From: an uncultured Chlamydiae bacterium
GTDB taxonomy: Bacteria > Chlamydiota > Chlamydiia > Chlamydiales > Parachlamydiaceae
Assembly (NCBI GenBank): GCA_963830365.1
Contig: CAWHMU010000044.1
Coordinates: 1-25,049 of the forward strand
Length of the DNA stretch: 25,049 nucleotides
Direction: 5' to 3'
Below are positions 18,930 to 25,049 of the stretch, one piece after another. The first letter of the stretch is position 1. Each line of letters begins with the position of its first letter. Made by a program: the position numbers and the translations under genes. The notes under the pieces are model-generated. The model saw nothing but the letters and a program-made list of their open reading frames with translations, was not told the DNA's origin and made no database searches.

Positions 18930-19519
18930 GTTGTATAGGACAAAATGTATGGGGTTATATTAACACGCAATGCCTTTGCATATGCTCCTAATTTCTTAGG
19001 ATCTGGCTTATATTTAGTACTCTTAAAATACCTCTGAATTGCTTTTATAGCAATTTCCTTGCTCAGATAGCGAAATGCATCAACAATGCAACGTTCCCTA
19101 TCAAAAATGTGGACGTTATATTCCCCAAGCGCAATTTCAATTTTCCCGAGCTTTACATTACGCATTCTGACGATTCTAGTGTAGGGTCGCTTGGGAGGAT
19201 AGGACTCGTGTGGTACAGCAATCCAAACCTCTCGCATAATTTGATCCGTCAAATCATAGTAACAAAGCGCAGAAATTAAACAAATGACTCCCTCAGGAAT
19301 ACTCGCTGCGACCAATGCCAAGCTTTCCCACTGGAACTCAACTTCTGGTTCATATTGAGAAAAGCGATAAGCTCCTGGATAAATTTTTTCCAATGTGCCT
19401 CTTTTCACGAAATAAGCCAGCGCATGTCTTGGAATATCCTGTTTCTCAGCATCTGCCGTTGTGAAAAGAGGAATATTGAGGAACTTTTCTAATTGCTTTA
19501 TGTACTTTGACTGTCTCAT
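18926..19519 (-). CDS. abiEi: Type IV TA antitoxin, AbiEi family
   Basis: N-terminal wHTH (LEKIYPGAY), ICLISALCYYDLTDQ, and IFDRERCIVDAFRY. Confidence 0.92.
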   Translation of the reverse strand: MRQSKYIKQLEKFLNIPLFTTADAEKQDIPRHALAYFVKRGTLEKIYPGAYRFSQYEPEVEFQWESLALVAASIPEGVICLISALCYYDLTDQIMREVWIAVPHESYPPKRPYTRIVRMRNVKLGKIEIALGEYNVHIFDRERCIVDAFRYLSKEIAIKAIQRYFKSTKYKPDPKKLGAYAKALRVNITPYILSYTT

Positions 19520-19525
19520 TCCTTA

Positions 19526-19568
19526 AGTCTACAAAACCTACCCATTTAAGTCAAGTGGGTTGATTTTG
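19526..19568 (-). promoter_or_regulatory. Sigma70-type promoter of abiEi overlapped by an inverted-repeat operator
   Basis: Minus strand TTGACT (19554-19549)-17 bp-TAGACT (19531-19526). IR CAAAACCTACCCATTT (19532-19547) / AAGTGGGTTGATTTTG (19553-19568), 13/16 complementary. Confidence 0.7.
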
Positions 19569-19789
19569 AAGAATTCATGTAAGTGGTTCAGTCGCAAATT
19601 TCACAAATATAGCATCTTTTTGTGACTTGATGGTGGGATCAGCACAGAATTCGGAATATAAAGCATGTTAAGAATTTTAATGCTCCTAGATCTGATTAGT
19701 CTCCTTTCTATTAATTTTGGCTTGTCTCAAGCCATCATCATTGAGTTTCACAATTCGAATGTTGGGTCTGCCCCTATTTGAAGACTTTA

Positions 19790-20977
19790 CTATTCAGCGG
19801 AGACTAATACGGGAGTTGACGATTCTTCCTCTTCTTTTGACTCAGCCACCACAGCGAAATCGGTGTAAGCGAACATTTCCTCGGGGCTTGGATATGACTT
19901 ATTTTCAAAAAATCGCTTTGCTGCCTCTTCTCTTGCTGCTTCATCTGTTGCTTTTTCGTTGCCAGGCCCATACATTCTTCGAGGAATTGGAATCTGGCAA
20001 TATTCTTGAAAAGAAGCTTCATCAAGCAGAAGCATTTTTATAATAGCAACCCTAGAGAACTCCATCAAATCGAACAAGTCCTTTAGTTCTCCGCTGTCCA
20101 TAAGATTTTTAGTGGAATCACTAGATGAGGGTAAATCTGGCTCCTTAAGATAACCGTGAAGATCTGGGGCGCGATGAAGCTGCCAAATTGACGCTATACG
20201 TGATTTAATTTCTTCTTCGAACAATGGTTTGTCTAGCAACAGGCTTGGGACTTCCTTAAGAAATAAGCTTAGCCTTGTTGAAGCTTGCTTCTCGTGTTTA
20301 TGAGTTGGGTTTCCAGTGAAAGAATCAATCAAGGGGAAAAGCTTCGAGAAAGTGGTGCTTGCATAGATCGAGCGTTCCCAAAGAGTCGCTTCAAAAAAGG
20401 CTTTTAATATGTAGTAAGGTCGTGGAGCAGTTTTTTTTGAATTAAAGATCTCAACAAAGCGCGCAAAACATACTCCAGCTTGCTTAAGATTTTCTTCATT
20501 ATACTGTAAAATGTTCTCCCCGTTAGCATGACTGGAAAATGTATCAAGAGAGATGTTTGATTTATGGAGGATCCTGCTGGGCGTTCTGCCTAGAAAACCA
20601 TTTTCTTCATTTCCATAAGTAAATCCGCCTGCAATTTTTATGTAGAGTGGTTTCGTTAGATATAACGCGGATGCCATTAACCAAAAGTAGCGATCTCTTA
20701 GATGGGCTGGAACGGTTGTATCTATTTTGATACAAGCATTAACAATGCCCATTCCTAAGCCATAACCAGGGTAAACCCATTCAGCTAAGGCAATGTTTTC
20801 TCTCTCGGTAGACCCTTTCCCTGCGGCTTGCGCAAGCGCATGCTGCGGAGTTGAAGCTAAGTAAATTCCAGGAGCTAATTCTATTGGGAGCTTATGGAAG
20901 AAAGAGCCATCTATTTTAAAGTGTAAGAAGAGAAAACATCTGTCACCAAAGGAAAAATCTTCGTCTCTATATTTCAT
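19790..20977 (-). CDS. Hypothetical protein with C-terminal HEPN-like Rx4H motif (ApeA-like architecture)
   Basis: HRAPDLHG (RAPDLH at 20156-20173) in a helical C-terminal half. Start moved to ATG 20977 (MKYRDEDF), which has AAGGAG upstream. Confidence 0.65.
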   Translation of the reverse strand: MKYRDEDFSFGDRCFLFLHFKIDGSFFHKLPIELAPGIYLASTPQHALAQAAGKGSTERENIALAEWVYPGYGLGMGIVNACIKIDTTVPAHLRDRYFWLMASALYLTKPLYIKIAGGFTYGNEENGFLGRTPSRILHKSNISLDTFSSHANGENILQYNEENLKQAGVCFARFVEIFNSKKTAPRPYYILKAFFEATLWERSIYASTTFSKLFPLIDSFTGNPTHKHEKQASTRLSLFLKEVPSLLLDKPLFEEEIKSRIASIWQLHRAPDLHGYLKEPDLPSSSDSTKNLMDSGELKDLFDLMEFSRVAIIKMLLLDEASFQEYCQIPIPRRMYGPGNEKATDEAAREEAAKRFFENKSYPSPEEMFAYTDFAVVAESKEEEESSTPVLVSAE

Positions 20978-21236
20978 TAATATCTCCTTGTTTGTATTGT
21001 GTATTACCGTTGTCATTTGATTTTGCGGCATCCCGAAGATCTGCCAGCTTCTTATAAAGCATACTCTCGCCTTTCCTGTCTTCGAATTCGCTTAAGCATA
21101 TACATAGAGCCATTTCTACGATGGTAGTCTTAGTTATACGTTGTTCGCCCTTAAACTGGCGCTTAAGCTGTATCCAAGCTTTTTCAATGGTTTCTAGTGT
21201 ACTCAGGGAGAGATTAAAGGTGGCCTTTTTTTCATT
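20967..21236 (-). pseudogene. Start-less 89-codon frame, putative ribbon-helix-helix protein remnant (plasmid partition-partner-like)
   Basis: Manual translation: NEKKATFNLSLSTLETIEKAWIQLKRQFKGEQRITKTTIVEMALCICLSEFEDRKGESMLYKKL...INEI*. It has a beta-strand/helix/helix pattern, its stop overlaps the downstream ATG, and an in-frame TGA precedes it. Confidence 0.6.
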
Positions 21237-21465
21237 TCAAGTAGGAGTAGACCCAACAGCCAATGATTGGTGATTGCAACCAATGGCTGTGCGCAGCGCA
21301 CTTCAGGATTCGAGAAGCAAAAGACGGGCAAGATTGGCAGTAATTAAATAACCCGGGGCCATGGGGACACCGTAACCATCCATAGCGACGGGATTTATAG
21401 AATTGTCTATCATGTAAAGATTTTCCACGCTATAGACTTGACCGCTGCAAAAGAGGATAAAAAGA

Positions 21466-21675
21466 ATTTGTGGCTCTATAAGATGCGAAATTCGAGATAT
21501 GATTCATGGGTGTTTGGTACTATAGAGGTCCGGATGGCATAACCGCATATTCGAGGCCTTCAGACATAATTACTAGGCCGCTTCTCGAATATGCGGTTAT
21601 GCCATCCGGACCACAATAGTTTACCAACACTCCTGAGTCAAATCCCGAATTTCGTCGCTTTACAACACGCCAAAT
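21466..21675. repeat. ~210-bp imperfect palindrome with perfect 29-bp inner arms
   Basis: GGTCCGGATGGCATAACCGCATATTCGAG (21527-21555) and its exact reverse complement (21584-21612). Outer arms are diverged (e.g. 21486-21506 vs 21634-21654, 18/21). Confidence 0.9.
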
Positions 21676-21809
21676 ACCTCTTAGATGTTTTTATACATCT
21701 GACTTATTCATGCGTAGAATACATCTAAAGCTACATTTTCGAACATCATATGGAAGAGGTAACAAGATCCCTCATTACGCGGGGTGGGTCATTCTTAGTG
21801 ATTGTTACC

Positions 21810-22631
21810 ATTAATCAAAGCGTTACGAAAGACTTCACCACCGAGACAAGAGGGTAGAGAGGGTCGATCACTCGCCCTCCCCCCCGTTAGAACCCGCCGT
21901 GCCCAATTAAGGCAACGGGCTCATGATATCAGCCTTTCTCCATGCTATTACTTACAAAATTTACTATGCATCTGTAAATTTTGTTAGATATCTAGTTTAG
22001 GTTATCCTATTGGGTTGTGTTTTCATCCTGTTTATGAAGCTCTAAGTATCCTTTAAGATGTTTCCCCTATAGGTCGACTAATACCAAGGATCCTTCCCTC
22101 CATGGTCATTACAACCACTTCATCAGTACTACGATCCATCTGACTCCCTAGCTTAAAGCCGTTTCAGTTTCCTTGCTTTTTCAGCTTGTCTACCAATACT
22201 TCTTCGATTATTTGTTTAAATCGATTCTACAGAAGGGCCGCTAGGGTATCCCACGTCCACACATTATCTTTCAGTACATGCCATGCTCTTTGACCCCGGA
22301 GAGTCATCTATCTCTTCCCATTAGCGATATAGATGATGTAGCCTTCTACGCTCTCTGACGGTATCGGCTTTCTCTCAACATTACTCTGATTTCGAGGCTC
22401 AATCGCTCGGTTTTCACCTTACGGCCTGCACTTTTCCTGTCTACGCTTAAACCATATTGTTACCTCCTGGCTTCAAGACTCGGTATAAAATGAGCTGGGT
22501 AGCTCTTGTTTTAGTCGAAACTTTCATCGACTAGATAATGTGCGCCTCGTGGCGCACCAGAGGCACAGAGAAGGAAAATGGAGATTGCTCTTAGGGTTTT
22601 GTTAATTAGGTACTCATTTGCGTGATGAACC
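21810..22631. mobile_element. Second, partial copy of the 420-628 MITE (right half), interrupted by the group II intron
   Basis: 22558-22631 is nearly identical to 555-628, including the right TIR (22610-22631). 21810-21848 resembles ~516-554. No intact left TIR is seen. Confidence 0.85.
21849..22557 (-). ncRNA. ORF-less group II intron ribozyme (709 nt)
   Basis: 5' end GTGCGCCACGAGGCGCAC. DII stem CCCTAGC/GCTAGGG, J2/3 AGA, and DIII with GTAGTAC..GAAG..GGAGGGAAGG. DV GAGCCCGTTGCCTTAATTGGGCACGGCGGGTTC (21922-21890, AGC triad). DVI with bulged A at 21855 (-7). The flanks rejoin to the REP consensus. No RT ORF. Confidence 0.93.
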
Positions 22632-22721
22632 AAAAATAAGCTCTAAGCCATTTCGAATATCCCATAGATATTATCGCTGGGGAATGGGTAAGTTCTCAAA
22701 AACTCATGGCAAAGCGGTTAA

Positions 22722-22750
22722 TTGACATAAAATCATTTTCAATATATTAT
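22722..22750 (+). promoter_or_regulatory. Sigma70-type promoter
   Basis: TTGACA-17 bp-TATTAT, about 40 bp upstream of the 22793 start. Confidence 0.7.
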
Positions 22751-22792
22751 CATTAATAATGTTATTAATAAAATCATCGAACACAGGGAAAT

Positions 22793-23881
22793 ATGATGTC
22801 ACTTGATTCTGTAGGTCACGAAAGTAAAGACAGTATAGGTCAGATCCACTACCTTTCCGGACCATCCTCCAGTGGGAAGACAACTACCACAAGAGAAAAA
22901 GCGGCAGCAGGGTGGCTTCGCATTGAAGCAGATGTTGAGATAAATGCAGTGGAGATTACATTCTTATCAAAAGACTTTCGAGATGATTTGGCTTACATAA
23001 AGAAACATCTAAATGCCGATTCAACTATCTCTCAAGGAGAGGCTGCTCGGAATTTGATGGACGTTGTATATGGCGGTAAACCTCCTGATATCAAACCAGA
23101 AAACCAAAAAGATTTTGACCAAGTTCGTCAAAAACTTGTCACGTATATCAGACATGAAGATAGAGGCGATGACATCAAGAATGCGCAGCAGATTCATCTG
23201 TTTGAAGAAGCTATCAGGTTGGCAAAACTAGGAAATAATGTCATTATAGATGAAGTTCCTCTCGTTAACGAGCATGGATCTTCTCATGAGATAAAGGTTG
23301 ATAGCAAGTCTCCAAATCTATGGTGTTTTAGGGATTTTAAAATTGAACAACAACTCAAATTTGTTCCCATTGACATCCTGATACGCAATCTCACTAAGCG
23401 CAACAGCAAACCTGAAGATCGCCGCGATATGCGGGCAGTACTTGAAAGACAATATTCCAAGCAGTTTGTCGCGGCAAGCAGCCAACCTTCAAATCAAGAA
23501 GTCTTGTGTCATGTTCAAGTTTCCAGTTTAAAGAAATCGATTGAGCGCGCTGTTAAGATCGACTTTTTTGATATTAATTCAGCACATTCTTTTAATTACG
23601 ATGGCAATGGAGATATTGACGAAGCCATTGAAAAAAGAATGAAGGCTTTTGTCGAGGAAATGAACGATCCAAATATGGAAACAAAAGACAATGATGATTA
23701 TCTAAAATTACTTGCGGAACGTAAACTAGAATATCCTGATCTCCAAAAGAACATCGACGAGTTTACGCAAAAGATTTTAGCAAATATGCAAGTCCCCAAA
23801 GATGACACAGAGTTTGATTTGACCTATCTTTCCAAAACAGGCATTCAGCCTACTATTATACGCGATCCAGACAAAAGATAA
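22793..23881 (+). CDS. P-loop small-molecule kinase-like protein (AAA_33/CPT-like) with helical C-terminal extension
   Basis: Walker A YLSGPSSSGKTT near the N-terminus, Walker B-like NVIIDE and lid-like RNLTKRN. Confidence 0.75.
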   Translation: MMSLDSVGHESKDSIGQIHYLSGPSSSGKTTTTREKAAAGWLRIEADVEINAVEITFLSKDFRDDLAYIKKHLNADSTISQGEAARNLMDVVYGGKPPDIKPENQKDFDQVRQKLVTYIRHEDRGDDIKNAQQIHLFEEAIRLAKLGNNVIIDEVPLVNEHGSSHEIKVDSKSPNLWCFRDFKIEQQLKFVPIDILIRNLTKRNSKPEDRRDMRAVLERQYSKQFVAASSQPSNQEVLCHVQVSSLKKSIERAVKIDFFDINSAHSFNYDGNGDIDEAIEKRMKAFVEEMNDPNMETKDNDDYLKLLAERKLEYPDLQKNIDEFTQKILANMQVPKDDTEFDLTYLSKTGIQPTIIRDPDKR

Positions 23882-23932
23882 GAGGCTTTTGTGCTTTATT
23901 ACTAGCCAAAATCCTCATAACTTGGAGCATAT

Positions 23933-25049
23933 ATACCGAAGTAAATTCAAAAGTTGGCAGCAGGGGCACCAATTGGCCTGAATTTATCCCTGACACGGCT
24001 CCTGAAGCATTTTCCTAGCTCTGACTCTTCTCCAAGAGATGATATGAGAGCAAAAAATCCAAAAATAGCCGATTTAAACTCGTCAAATCCTGGATAGTAC
24101 GTGTTGTAAATAACCCTTTCCTTCATCCATTTCCATAGTCGCTCGATAGGGTTTAGGTTGGGGCTATAAGGCGGCAAAAAGTGGAGTTTTATTTTTGAGG
24201 TCTTTAGATAATTGTGGACGTCTTGATTTTTGTAATATCTGGCATTGTCACAAAACACGTGGATTTTATCATTGTCAGGATAGGCTTTTTCGATTTTTTG
24301 CAGAAAAGAAATGGTTGAATTGGCGTTTAAGGTCTGATCCGCTTGGACAATTACTTTATGAGAAATTACATCCACAGCTCCTGACAAATTTAGCCTGGAT
24401 CGTCCGCTATTGGCTGGAATCTCTTTCCTAATTCCCTTTTTGATCCATCCGTATGCAGGCTGCACATTGTGCGTAGGATGCACCCCATCTGTAAAGCAGA
24501 TCGTTTCATTCGCAGGGAGTTCTGCACGTAGTTTTTCGTATTCAGCTATCCATTCTTTTTGCTGTTGTTCATCGGCCTTTCCCGGGACGACTGCGGGCTT
24601 TTTATAAGAAAACAGATGCCTTTGGAGCCAGCTTCTCAGGCCGTGAACGGTATACTTAATACCAAAAGTTATTTCAACATAAGCAACAATATCCTTGACG
24701 TACAGATAGGTGTGTTTTAGCAGGTGGGCTTCAAGTTGTTGCGATTGTTTATTTGATAATTTTTCTTGAGAACCACCGCTTTTTGGTTGTAATTTTTTAG
24801 CAGTGTCGTAGTCGTGAATATGATTGCGAACAGCCTCGTCAGAGATTAATAAAGCTTCCGCAATTTGCCGAAGGGACCATCCCTTATCGTGAAGCAAGAC
24901 GGCTTTGATTCGATCGCGTATCCGCCCATCTCGTTCTTTCTTATGTTGTATCGTGAGTCTTGCTCGTTCTGCGTCGTCTAGCGTCATGGACGACACATTA
25001 CACAAGAGCTGAATTTTCCGCAAAACAAATTTTGAAACACGTTCGGTAT
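23933..25049 (-). mobile_element. IS630-family insertion sequence, apparently complete and ending at the window edge
   Basis: Imperfect TIRs ATACCGAAGTAAATTCAAAA (23933-23952) and TTTTGAAACACGTTCGGTAT (25030-25049). The TA-rich flank fits a TA target. Confidence 0.88.
23947..25023 (-). CDS. IS630-family transposase (single ORF)
   Basis: HTH (RIKAVLLHDKGWS..IAEAL), FSYKKP, and DDE residues in CFTDG / CDNARYY / LPPYSPNLNPIERLW. The start may be the internal ATG (MTLDDAE). Confidence 0.95.
   Translation of the reverse strand: MRKIQLLCNVSSMTLDDAERARLTIQHKKERDGRIRDRIKAVLLHDKGWSLRQIAEALLISDEAVRNHIHDYDTAKKLQPKSGGSQEKLSNKQSQQLEAHLLKHTYLYVKDIVAYVEITFGIKYTVHGLRSWLQRHLFSYKKPAVVPGKADEQQQKEWIAEYEKLRAELPANETICFTDGVHPTHNVQPAYGWIKKGIRKEIPANSGRSRLNLSGAVDVISHKVIVQADQTLNANSTISFLQKIEKAYPDNDKIHVFCDNARYYKNQDVHNYLKTSKIKLHFLPPYSPNLNPIERLWKWMKERVIYNTYYPGFDEFKSAIFGFFALISSLGEESELGKCFRSRVRDKFRPIGAPAANF

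Noticed and set aside
21237..21413. Short minus-strand frame MIDNSINPV... in frame with the RHH remnant through two TGA codons (possible recoding)
   Set aside because: TGA serves as a normal stop in other genes here. It is more likely a decayed fragment or chance.
21466..21675. Retron msr-msd or CRISPR repeat
   Set aside because: No reverse transcriptase or cas gene nearby. The repeats are inverted, not a direct repeat-spacer array.
21769..21795. Possible degenerate left TIR (CCCTCATTACGC) of the second MITE copy
   Set aside because: Only ~10 nt of similarity, no matching TSD, and spacing inconsistent with the intact copy.
21802..21987. 61-aa plus-strand ORF
   Set aside because: It is the antisense reading of intron domains V-VI.
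1..25049. Whole window as a composite transposon
   Set aside because: The terminal ISs belong to different families and enclose core genes. They more likely mark assembly breaks at repeats.

Overview
Bacterial chromosomal window, probably from an environmental Chlamydiota (Parachlamydiales-like) genome; this is inferred from gene content, not verified. IS elements bound both ends: the 3' end of an IS3-family element (1-304) and an apparently complete IS630-family element (~23933-25049). Core genes are ribBA-ribH, a glycine-rich RRM protein, a large AsmA-like protein and yihY with a conserved membrane protein. Orphan effector-like genes are also present, along with an AT-richer plasmid/ICE-like defence remnant (RHH fragment, HEPN-motif protein, abiEi, truncated abiEii) and at least five families of short palindromic intergenic repeats. 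The standout feature is a 709-nt ORF-less group II intron on the minus strand (21849-22557). It sits inside a REP-like CTCTGTG repeat that is itself part of a MITE, and an intact, empty copy of that MITE (420-628, 22-bp TIRs, 8-bp TSD) lies in the same window. The intron's predicted EBS1 and EBS2 are both CAGAG, complementary to the repeat's CTCTG units, which suggests a non-autonomous intron specialised on a dispersed repeat family.
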